DNA of 32,184 bases from Thermoplasmata archaeon. Lineage in GTDB: Archaea > Thermoplasmatota > Thermoplasmata > Lutacidiplasmatales > UBA184. The position numbers and the translations under genes were made by a program. The first letter of the stretch is position 1. Each line of letters begins with the position of its first letter. Location of the stretch: contig JBEKJT010000003.1 in assembly GCA_050011075.1 (NCBI GenBank), forward strand, positions 1-32,184. Direction: 5' to 3'. This document shows, piece after piece, positions 9,005 through 17,149 of the stretch. The notes under the pieces were generated by a model. It had not been told where the DNA came from. It saw only the letters and a list, made by a program, of their open reading frames with translations, and made no database searches.

Positions 9005-10498
9005 CTAGCCCGGGTCGCCGTAGACGGTGTAGTGCCAGCCCTTACGCGCCTGGCCGGTGAGGTCGATGTAGATGTTCTTCACGACCGTGTAGTCGTTGAG
9101 CGAATCGCACCCGAGGTCCTTGCCGAAACCGGACTGCTTGAACCCGCCGTGCGGTGTCTCCGAGCCGAGGGGTAGGTGGTCGTTGACCCAGACGTCCCCG
9201 AAGCGTAGCGCATGGGCGGCCTTCACCGCCGTGCGCAGGTCGTTCGTCCAGACGCTCCCGGCGAGCCCGTAGTCGACCCCGTTCGCGATCTCGATCGCCT
9301 CGTCGAACGTCGAGAACTCGAGCACGTCGAGCACCGGCCCGAAGATCTCGCGCTGGGCGATGGCCATGTCGGGGGCGACGGAATCGAAGACCGTGGGGGC
9401 GACGAACGCGCCGTTCGGGAACCGTTGATGCTCGTCGGTCCCTCCGGCCAGGAGCCTCGCCCCCTCGGCGGTGCCGGTCGCAACGAAGTCGAGCACGCTC
9501 TTCTGCTGTACCGGGCTGACGAGCGGCCCCAGGTCGGTCGCCCGAGAGAGCGGGTCGCCCACGCGGACCTGCTGCACCCGCTCCAGCAGCTGCTCCACGA
9601 ACCTCGGCCGGATGGCCCGGTGTACGATGAGTCGCGTTGCGGCCGTGCAGTCCTGGCCGCCATTCACGAAACCGCCCACCATCGCTCCCTCGACCGCCGC
9701 GGTGAGGTCGGCATCCTCGAAGACGACGAACGGGGCCTTGCCTCCGAGCTCGAGCTGGACCCGCTTGACCGTGCTGCTCGCCGCCTCCATGATCTTGCGA
9801 CCGGTCGCGGTGTCCCCTGTGAGCGAGACCATGTCGACCTTCGGGTTGCGGCAGAGCTCATCCCCGACCTCCGCCCCGGGGCCGGTGATGACGTTGAGGG
9901 CACCGGAGGGCAGCCCGGCGTCCTGGAACGCGCGGCCGAGCTCGAGCGCGGTGAGCGGAGTGTAGCTCGCCGGCTTCAGCACGACCGAGTTCCCGACGAT
10001 CAGGGCCGGCGCGACCTTCCAGACCGCCATCATGAACGGATAGTTCCACGGCGTGATCGACCCGACCACACCGACCGGCTCGCGCCGGAAGATCGTCGTG
10101 CCATCGCCGGTGAACTCGCCCGGGCTCTTCGCCTCGAGCGTCCGGCCCGCGCCCGCGTAGAAGACGAGATTGTCGATGCTGAACGGAATGTCGGCGTCGG
10201 CCGCCTGCTTGATCGTCTTGCCCTGGTTGCGGCTCTCGAGCTCGGCGACCTCGCCGAGACGTTGCTGGATGAGCTGAGCAGCCTTCAGGAACACCTCGCC
10301 CCGGGCGCGGGGCGGAAGGCGGGGCCACGGGCCCCGGTCGAAGGCCTCGCGCGCCGCATCGATCGCCCGACGCGCGTCCTCCCGAGCCGACTTCGGCACG
10401 GTCCCGAGGATCGCACGGTCGAACGGGCTCACGACCGGCATCGTCGCCTCGTTCGACGCGGAGACCCACTCTCCCCCGATCAGCATCGTGTGGTCCAT
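9005..10498 (-). CDS. Aminobutyraldehyde (omega-aminoaldehyde) dehydrogenase, PatD/YdcW-like
   Basis: PWNYPFMMAVWK, LTGDTATG, LELGGKAP, GQDCTAATR, PHGGFKQSGFGKDL. These motifs resemble the gamma-aminobutyraldehyde dehydrogenase subfamily. Confidence 0.82.
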   Translation of the reverse strand: MDHTMLIGGEWVSASNEATMPVVSPFDRAILGTVPKSAREDARRAIDAAREAFDRGPWPRLPPRARGEVFLKAAQLIQQRLGEVAELESRNQGKTIKQAADADIPFSIDNLVFYAGAGRTLEAKSPGEFTGDGTTIFRREPVGVVGSITPWNYPFMMAVWKVAPALIVGNSVVLKPASYTPLTALELGRAFQDAGLPSGALNVITGPGAEVGDELCRNPKVDMVSLTGDTATGRKIMEAASSTVKRVQLELGGKAPFVVFEDADLTAAVEGAMVGGFVNGGQDCTAATRLIVHRAIRPRFVEQLLERVQQVRVGDPLSRATDLGPLVSPVQQKSVLDFVATGTAEGARLLAGGTDEHQRFPNGAFVAPTVFDSVAPDMAIAQREIFGPVLDVLEFSTFDEAIEIANGVDYGLAGSVWTNDLRTAVKAAHALRFGDVWVNDHLPLGSETPHGGFKQSGFGKDLGCDSLNDYTVVKNIYIDLTGQARKGWHYTVYGDPG

Positions 10499-10635
10499 GG
10501 CTCGTTCCCGCCCCTCGGATTCCGACCCCGCTAAAGATACTGCCGGAGGTCCTCCCGACCCTCGGGGGGCGGCCCCGACGAGAAGAATATCAAATAGTAG
10601 CCCCTTGGGGGTGCCCGTCCATAGAGCCCCCCGGG

Positions 10636-12507
10636 ATGAATCCGCTCCATCGCAACATCATTGTCCTCGTGATCGTGGTGGTCGTCATCGCCGCGGGAAT
10701 AACGCTCCGTGTCGTGGTCCAGAACTGTCTCAGCCAAACGAACCCGATGCTCGTCGACCAGTCCGAGATCCCGGACTCTCTCGACCCCGGCGAGACGTTC
10801 TCGACCCCCGGATGGGCGGCCGTCCAGCAGGTCTACCAGGGCCTCGTGAACTACAACGGCTCGAGCGCCACCAGTTTCGCGGGAGTGCTCGCGAAGAACT
10901 GGACGAACTCGTCGGACGACCTGCAGTACAACTTCACGCTCCAGACGGGCGTCCACTTCTCGAACGGGGACCCGTACAACGCCTACGTCCAATGGTTCAG
11001 CTTCTACCGCAGCCTGCTCCTGGAAGGCGGACCCCAGTTCATCCTGGAGGAGAACTTCTACACGACCGACTTCAACGCGTCGAGCCCGCTCAACTACTAC
11101 TCCAACCTTACTCAGGTCCAGCAGGCCAACACGACGCTCGCCAACGACCTCAACTCCTGGAACTTCGACAACCCAACCCCGAGCGAGGTCGCCCTGATGG
11201 GGACTCCCAACCAGTCGTTCGTGGTGCTCGCGCCGAACGAGATCCAGATGAACCTCGGTCTCGGGTACCTCGGGACCCCGTACACCTACCTCCTCGCGTC
11301 CATCTCCGCCCCGAACTCCTACGCCGTCGACCCGAACGTCGTCCAGGCGAACGGTGGGGTCCAGGAAGGAAGCCCGAACACCTACCTCGCCTCGAACATG
11401 GTCGGTACGGGGGCCTACACGCTCGGCTACTACAACGGCCTGCCCGGCGGAGGCTACTCCCTCCTTCCGGACCCGAACTACTGGGGTAAGACCGCCTCCG
11501 CGCAAGAGCCTTGGAACAGCCTCCTCCAGCCGGCGAACACCACGATCGACGTGGTGTTCCAGGACTCGGTCGACATCACGACCAACGACCTCATCGTCGG
11601 TGACGTGGCCTCGGCCTCGTTCGCCTACATCGGTCCGGCGACCGTCCACCTGCTCCAGGGAAAGAGCTGCCTCGTGGTGCAGGCCCTGCCGACCGTCTAC
11701 GGCTCCACGAGCGGGGCCTGGTGGATCTACCTGGACCAGAACGTCTTCCCGTTCAACAACCTCTCCGTCCGAGCCGCGATCGCCCACGCGGTCAACTACG
11801 ACCAGATCATCCAGCAGGCGTTCGGCGGGTACGGGACTCAGTGGGTGGGACCGGTCCCGCCCGCGTATCCGTACTACAATCCGCAGAACCTCTCGCCCTA
11901 CCAGTACGATCTCCCGCTGGCGCAGCAGGAGATCGCGGATTCGCCCTGTGCCAACAGCGCTTGCGCCTCCATGACGATTAAGTACGCCTACCTCGACACC
12001 GGGATCGATTGGGCTGAAACCGCGCAATTCCTCAAGGCCGACCTGAGCCAGATCGGCATCAACATCCTGCCGGTCCCGATCTCCCTGTCCGACCTCTACG
12101 AGGAGCAGGCCCTGACCAACGGCGTCTGCACGACCCAGACAGGGGCGAACGGGGGTCCGTTCTACATGGGGCAGGAGTTCTACACCTCCGACTACATCTC
12201 CCCGGACGACTGGACCCAGAACGATGCCGTCTCCTACGGCAGCGCGAACGCCTGCATGTCCCAGTACGCCAATTCGACCGTGGACGGCGATGTCTTCACG
12301 GCCGCGGGCAGCGCCAACACGACGCAGCTGACCCAGCTCTACTCCAACATGACGAGCGCGATGTACGAGAACTACACGGACATCTGGCTGGTCGTCCCGA
12401 CCTCGTTCGCGGTGTATTCGACCCACCTGCACGGGTTCGTCCAGAACCCGATGGCGAGCGCGGAGCCGTTCGCGTTCTTGTTCAACACCCAGTGGCTCTC
12501 GTCGTAA
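10636..12507 (+). CDS. ABC transporter substrate-binding protein, family 5 (Opp/Dpp-like), N-terminal membrane anchor
   Basis: Hydrophobic N-terminus IIVLVIVVVVIAAGI, then PDSLDP, YQGLVNY, YNFTLQTGVHFSNGDP, VGTGAY, NPNYWG-like PDPNYWG, VRAAIAHAVN. Confidence 0.88.
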   Translation: MNPLHRNIIVLVIVVVVIAAGITLRVVVQNCLSQTNPMLVDQSEIPDSLDPGETFSTPGWAAVQQVYQGLVNYNGSSATSFAGVLAKNWTNSSDDLQYNFTLQTGVHFSNGDPYNAYVQWFSFYRSLLLEGGPQFILEENFYTTDFNASSPLNYYSNLTQVQQANTTLANDLNSWNFDNPTPSEVALMGTPNQSFVVLAPNEIQMNLGLGYLGTPYTYLLASISAPNSYAVDPNVVQANGGVQEGSPNTYLASNMVGTGAYTLGYYNGLPGGGYSLLPDPNYWGKTASAQEPWNSLLQPANTTIDVVFQDSVDITTNDLIVGDVASASFAYIGPATVHLLQGKSCLVVQALPTVYGSTSGAWWIYLDQNVFPFNNLSVRAAIAHAVNYDQIIQQAFGGYGTQWVGPVPPAYPYYNPQNLSPYQYDLPLAQQEIADSPCANSACASMTIKYAYLDTGIDWAETAQFLKADLSQIGINILPVPISLSDLYEEQALTNGVCTTQTGANGGPFYMGQEFYTSDYISPDDWTQNDAVSYGSANACMSQYANSTVDGDVFTAAGSANTTQLTQLYSNMTSAMYENYTDIWLVVPTSFAVYSTHLHGFVQNPMASAEPFAFLFNTQWLSS

Positions 12508-12510
12508 CCG

Positions 12511-13797
12511 CTAGGACGCGGGCGCCGCCGGCGACTGGGTCGACTTCGTCTCGAGGAGCGTTGCGGGCGCGATGTCGATGACCTCCTCGGCCCGGTGGCA
12601 GGCGACGCGCTGTCCCGGGGCCCCGGGGATCTCCCGCAGCGCCGGGTACTCCGCCCGGCAACGCTCGATGACGAACGGGCAGCGCGGGGCGAATCGGCAT
12701 CCGGGCGGGGGGTCGACCAGCGACGGGACGTCCCCGCCGATGCGGAACCGGGTGCGGCGCCGTCGCGCGTCGGCGACCGGGACGGCCGCGAGGAGGGCCT
12801 TCGTGTACGGGTGGATCGGTCGCTCGAGGACCCCCCGTACCGTCCCGACTTCCACGATCCGTCCGAGGTACATGACCGCCACCCGGTCGGCGACGTAGCG
12901 GACCGCGGCGACGTTGTGCGTGATCAGGAGGTAGGCGAGGCCGCGTTCCCGCTGGAGTTCAACGAGCCGGTTCAGGATCTGGGCCTGGACGGCGACGTCG
13001 AGCGCGCTCGTCGGTTCGTCGAGGACGATGAGCTTCGGGTCGACGATGAGCGCCCGGGCGAGCGACAGGCGTTGCCGTCCTCCACCCGAGAACTCGTGAG
13101 GGTACTGGTCGAGGCAGTCGAACGGCAGCCCGACCTTCGGGAGCGCCTCCTGCACCTTCCTGCGGACCGTGGCGCGCGTGATCCGCGGCGGCACGGGGAT
13201 CTTCGGGATGACCGGGCGGGGAAGGCCCCGCTTCAGGGCGACTCGGTACTCCCTCTCAAGCCGCTCGCGTTCCGAGGGGGGGAGCTTCGCCCGTTGCGTC
13301 GCCTCCGCCCGGTACAGGCGGGTCAGTTGCTCGCGTCGCCGCTGGGAGGCGACCCGGTACTCGCGTCGGATCCTCTTCGGCTCGTTCCGGGCGAACCAGC
13401 GGTCCGTCTGGTTCTGGGCACGGAGCGGCTCCCCGACGATCTGCCAGACCTTGAGACGAGGGTCGAGCGACCCCACGGGGTCCTGGAAGACCACCTGGAC
13501 GTTGTGGCGCCAGTGCCGGAGCTCTGTGCCCTGAAGACGGAGGATGTCGCTCCCCTCGAACTGGAGCGCGCCCGCGGTCGGTTCGTGGAGGCGGGCCACG
13601 ACCCAGCCGAGGGTCGTCTTCCCGGAGCCCGATTCCCCGATCAAGCCGAGCGTCTCTCCGGGCATCAGCGAGAGCGTAACTCCGTCGACCGCGTGGATCG
13701 AGCGGTGGGCCTCGCCGGCGAAGACCTCGGTCGCCGAACGGGTGAGCGGGAACAGCTTCTGGAGGTCCGTCGCCTGGACGAGTGGTCGCACGCTCAT
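12511..13797 (-). CDS. Opp/Dpp-type ABC ATPase (OppF-like) with an ~80-aa internal insertion
   Basis: Walker A GESGSGKT, VFQDP, YPHEFSGGGRQR, Walker B VLDEPTSALD, HPYT, and C-terminal GCRFAPRC...C...ACH. The ATG at 13797 overlaps the upstream TGA (ATGA). Confidence 0.9.
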   Translation of the reverse strand: MSVRPLVQATDLQKLFPLTRSATEVFAGEAHRSIHAVDGVTLSLMPGETLGLIGESGSGKTTLGWVVARLHEPTAGALQFEGSDILRLQGTELRHWRHNVQVVFQDPVGSLDPRLKVWQIVGEPLRAQNQTDRWFARNEPKRIRREYRVASQRRREQLTRLYRAEATQRAKLPPSERERLEREYRVALKRGLPRPVIPKIPVPPRITRATVRRKVQEALPKVGLPFDCLDQYPHEFSGGGRQRLSLARALIVDPKLIVLDEPTSALDVAVQAQILNRLVELQRERGLAYLLITHNVAAVRYVADRVAVMYLGRIVEVGTVRGVLERPIHPYTKALLAAVPVADARRRRTRFRIGGDVPSLVDPPPGCRFAPRCPFVIERCRAEYPALREIPGAPGQRVACHRAEEVIDIAPATLLETKSTQSPAAPAS

Positions 13798-14954
13798 GGG
13801 ATCCCCGGGACCTCGTTGGCGAAATAGCAGGCGCTCCGGTGGATCGGCGAGGCCCCCGCCACGGGGGCGAGGGGAGGCGCCGGTTCGCCCCGACATACCG
13901 GCCGGGCGATCGGGCACCGGGGGTGAAAGCGGCAGCCGGGCGGCGGGCGGGAGAGGTTGGGGACGTTGCCCGCGATCGACAGGAGCGGTCCGTCGCTCTT
14001 GTAGCGCGTCGGGGCAGCGCGCAGGAGCGCCTTCGTGTACGGGTGCCGCGGCGACTCGAAGACCTCCCCCACCGGCCCGAACTCGACGAGCTTTCCGGCG
14101 TACATCACCCCGAGCTCGTCCGCCGTCTCGGCGATGACGCCCAGGTCGTGGCTGATGAACAGGATCGAGGTGTTGACCTCCTCGATCAGCTCCTTCATCA
14201 ACGTCAGTACCTGGGCCTGGATCGTGACGTCGAGCGCGCTCGTCGGTTCGTCCGCGATGAGCAGCGACGGCTTCTCGGAGAGCGCCATCGCGATCATGAT
14301 CCGCTGGCGCATCCCGCCGGACAGCTCGTGGGGATAGAGGTTGAGGATCGTCTCGGGGTCGTTGATGCGAACGAGGCGCAGGTAGTCGAGCACCTCCCTG
14401 CGGAGGTCGGCCCGGTGGCCGCCCGCCTCCCGGTCGACCTGCTTACGATGGACCGCTTCCTGGACGGCGCCGCCCGGCACGACCTTGCCGGACCAGGCGT
14501 CCTTCGCCGTGGGGTCGGGCCGTCGGGAGTAGTCGAACGGACCGGGCTCGCGGCGGGCGACGATCCCGCCTCGGCTCTCGCGGACCTGGCGGATGTGGAC
14601 CGCCTCCGCGACCTGGTCGTAGATCCGGAACGCCGGGTTGAGCGAGTTCAGCGGTTCCTGGAAGATCATGTTGATCCCGGTACCGCGGATCGCGGGCATC
14701 TTCCACCGGGGGACCTGCACGAGGTCGGTCCCTTCGAAGACGATCCGGCCTCCGCCAATCGTCGCCGGCGGTTCGGGCAGAAGCCGGGGGATCGCCTGGG
14801 CGAGCGTGCTCTTCCCGCAGCCGGTTTCCCCGACGATCCCGACCACGTGGCCCCGTTCCACCTCGAGGGAGACGTCCGAAACGGCGCGGAACCGGCCGGC
14901 ACCGACGACGTAGTCGATCGACAGCCCTTGGATCGAGACGACCGGGTCGCTCAT
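13794..14954 (-). CDS. Opp/Dpp-type ABC ATPase (OppD-like) with an ~60-aa internal insertion
   Basis: C-terminal part of track ORF 13794..16907 from MSDPVVSIQGL: GETGCGKST, IFQEPLNSLNP, YPHELSGGMRQR, IADEPTSALD, GCRFHPRC. ATGA overlap with the upstream permease. Confidence 0.9.
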   Translation of the reverse strand: MSDPVVSIQGLSIDYVVGAGRFRAVSDVSLEVERGHVVGIVGETGCGKSTLAQAIPRLLPEPPATIGGGRIVFEGTDLVQVPRWKMPAIRGTGINMIFQEPLNSLNPAFRIYDQVAEAVHIRQVRESRGGIVARREPGPFDYSRRPDPTAKDAWSGKVVPGGAVQEAVHRKQVDREAGGHRADLRREVLDYLRLVRINDPETILNLYPHELSGGMRQRIMIAMALSEKPSLLIADEPTSALDVTIQAQVLTLMKELIEEVNTSILFISHDLGVIAETADELGVMYAGKLVEFGPVGEVFESPRHPYTKALLRAAPTRYKSDGPLLSIAGNVPNLSRPPPGCRFHPRCPIARPVCRGEPAPPLAPVAGASPIHRSACYFANEVPGIP

Positions 14955-16009
14955 GCGGGGGTGGTCGCCTCCGACCCGGCCGGGAGGTCGCCCTTGTCTC
15001 CCGCGATCGGGACCTCGGGCACGGGAGGAGCGGCGGCGGTGATCGCTCCCGTGCCCGTACCGGCAAGGACCCGCCGGCTCCGCGGGTCGAGGACGTCCCG
15101 GAGGCCGTCGCCGAGCAGGCTGAAGGCGAGGACCGTCACGAAGATCGCGATCCCCGGTCCGAACACCGTCCACGGGTAGGCGGTGATCAGACCCGACCCC
15201 TGGTAGTACGACATCATGCTGCCCCACTCGGCCTGGCCGGGATAGGCGAGGCCGAGGCCGACGAAGCCGATCGTGGAGAGGGTGACGAGCACGGTCCCGA
15301 TGTCGAGCGTGAAGTAGACGACGACCGGCTCGAGGACGTTGCGCAGGATGTGCCGGAGGACGATCCGGCCGTCGGTCACCCCGGCCGCGCGCGCCGCCTG
15401 GACGTACGGCAGGTGCTTCACGGCGAGCGTCTCCCCGCGGACGAGTCGCACGTAGAACGGCCACCACGTGAGGAGGATCGCCACGATGAGCTGCCAAACG
15501 CCCCGTCCGAGCGAGACGGCGATCGCGAGCGCCAGGATGAGGCTCGGGAAGGCGAGGAAGACGTCGGTGATCCGGAGGATGACGATGGAGAGCCAGCCTC
15601 CGGCGGTGCCCGGCCGGTCCCAGTATCCGGCGACGAGCCCGAGGGCGCCCCCGCCGATCATCGCGGCCCCCGCGATGGCGAAGGCGATGGCGAGGTCGAG
15701 CGGAAGGGCGTAGAGCGTCTCCGAGTAGATGTCGAGTCCGTTCCCGTCGGTCCCGGAGGGGTGCGCCCAGGAGGGGCCCTGGTTGTAGGTCGTCGTGATT
15801 TGGTCCGGGCCGTACTGGGTCAGGAGATGCGGCGCGACGATCACGATCACGGCGGTGATGCAGATCAGCGCGACGACCACGAAGCCGGCGAGGGTGAGCG
15901 GGTTCGCGCGGAGCACGCGCCAGAACATCAGCGCCCCGGAACCCGCCCGGCGGCCCGCCTCGCGGGCGCCCGAGGAAGGGGTTGCGGAGGGGGCCGACAT
16001 CGTCGTCAT
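14951..16009 (-). CDS. Opp/Dpp-type ABC permease (OppC-like)
   Basis: Multiple TM segments, HPSGTDGNGLDIYS, YVQAARAAG (EAA loop), RHILRN, EWGSM, LLGDGLRDVLDP. Confidence 0.9.
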   Translation of the reverse strand: MTTMSAPSATPSSGAREAGRRAGSGALMFWRVLRANPLTLAGFVVVALICITAVIVIVAPHLLTQYGPDQITTTYNQGPSWAHPSGTDGNGLDIYSETLYALPLDLAIAFAIAGAAMIGGGALGLVAGYWDRPGTAGGWLSIVILRITDVFLAFPSLILALAIAVSLGRGVWQLIVAILLTWWPFYVRLVRGETLAVKHLPYVQAARAAGVTDGRIVLRHILRNVLEPVVVYFTLDIGTVLVTLSTIGFVGLGLAYPGQAEWGSMMSYYQGSGLITAYPWTVFGPGIAIFVTVLAFSLLGDGLRDVLDPRSRRVLAGTGTGAITAAAPPVPEVPIAGDKGDLPAGSEATTPA

Positions 16010-16012
16010 CGG

Positions 16013-17035
16013 TTACCTCCAGTCCACACGGGGGTCGAGAAGGCCGTAGAGGATGTCGGCGATGAGGTTCGCGATCACGACACCGACCGCGAAAACGGCC
16101 ACGACCGCGACGGCCCCGTCGAAGTTCGGGGCGGCCCCGCCGCCCCCGATGGCGGTGTACGCGTACGCCCCGATCCCCGGCCAGCCGAAGACCTCCTCGA
16201 TGACGACCGTGCCGGCGAGCAGGCCTCCCGCCGTAACGCCGAGCACCGTCGTGGTCGTGATGAGGGAGTTGCGCAGGGCGTGCTTGTACATCACCCACGC
16301 TTCGGAGAGCCCCTTCATCCGGGCGCTCTTGACGTAGTCGAGCGGGATCACCTCGAGCATCGAGCTGCGCGTCATCCGCGTGGCGATCCCCATGTTGATG
16401 AACGCGAGCACCGCCGCCGGCAAGATCAGGTGCTTGATCGCATCCCCGGCCCAGGGGAAGTTGCCGGCGAGCAGCGCGTCCAGGATTGACATGTGCGTCC
16501 ACTGGGGGAACGGGGGGGGATTCGACGTGAACTCCCCGTGGGAGGGGAGGCCGAAGTAGGGCGCGAGGAAGATCGCCGCGATGACCGCGCCGAGGTAGGT
16601 CGGGGTCGCCCAGCCGGTGAGGTAGAAGATCCTCACCAGGTGGTCGCCCCAGCGTCCCGCCGACTGGGCGGCGATCACCCCGAGGGGAATGCCGATCACG
16701 ATCATCAGGAAGAGCGAGGCGAGCACGAGCTCGAGCGTGGCGGGAACCCCGTTCGCGATCGCCGGGTAGACCGCGACCCCGGCGACGGACGCCCCCCAGT
16801 TCCCGTGCAAGAGGTTCGCGAAGTACGTCCAGAACTGGTTCCAGAGCGGCTGGCTGAACTGGGCCTGGCAGTTCGCGAGGGTCGACTTGCTCGCGTGCGG
16901 GTACCATATCGCGCAGTTCGCGACCGAGATGTGCGTGAAGAGGAACGTCAGGACGATGATGCCGAAAAGGACCGGGACGAGCTGGACGAGACGCTTCGCG
17001 ATGAAGATGGCGAGATCGGTCGGACTGCGTCCCAT
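16013..17035 (-). CDS. Opp/Dpp-type ABC permease (OppB-like)
   Basis: KRLVQLVPVL, PATLEL, RMTRSSMLEV, DYVKSARMKGL, KHALRNSL, IEEVFGWPGIG, ADILYGLLDPRV. Confidence 0.9.
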   Translation of the reverse strand: MGRSPTDLAIFIAKRLVQLVPVLFGIIVLTFLFTHISVANCAIWYPHASKSTLANCQAQFSQPLWNQFWTYFANLLHGNWGASVAGVAVYPAIANGVPATLELVLASLFLMIVIGIPLGVIAAQSAGRWGDHLVRIFYLTGWATPTYLGAVIAAIFLAPYFGLPSHGEFTSNPPPFPQWTHMSILDALLAGNFPWAGDAIKHLILPAAVLAFINMGIATRMTRSSMLEVIPLDYVKSARMKGLSEAWVMYKHALRNSLITTTTVLGVTAGGLLAGTVVIEEVFGWPGIGAYAYTAIGGGGAAPNFDGAVAVVAVFAVGVVIANLIADILYGLLDPRVDWR

Positions 17036-17101
17036 CCCGACCCTCTTATCGGAGGGGCGGCGGAGCCGCTAACCCACGCATCTCGGGCCTTACGAACTCC
17101 G

Positions 17102-17116
17102 TGTATAAATTTCCCT
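17102..17116 (-). promoter_or_regulatory. Archaeal BRE-TATA promoter candidate for the permease/ATPase operon
   Basis: Minus strand reads GGGAAA-TTTATACA, about 70 nt upstream of the ATG at 17035, in an otherwise GC-rich spacer. Confidence 0.6.
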
Positions 17117-17149
17117 ACGCAACCGCGCCCGGGACCGGAGGCGGTGCGC

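Noticed and set aside
13175-13416. Intein in the ABC ATPase
   Set aside because: No Cys/Ser start with a His-Asn end, and it is too short.
13794-16907. 1037-aa ORF suggesting a giant fusion ATPase
   Set aside because: The first ~650 aa are an off-frame shadow of the two permeases (Arg/Pro/Gly-rich nonsense). The real gene starts at 14954 with an ATGA overlap.
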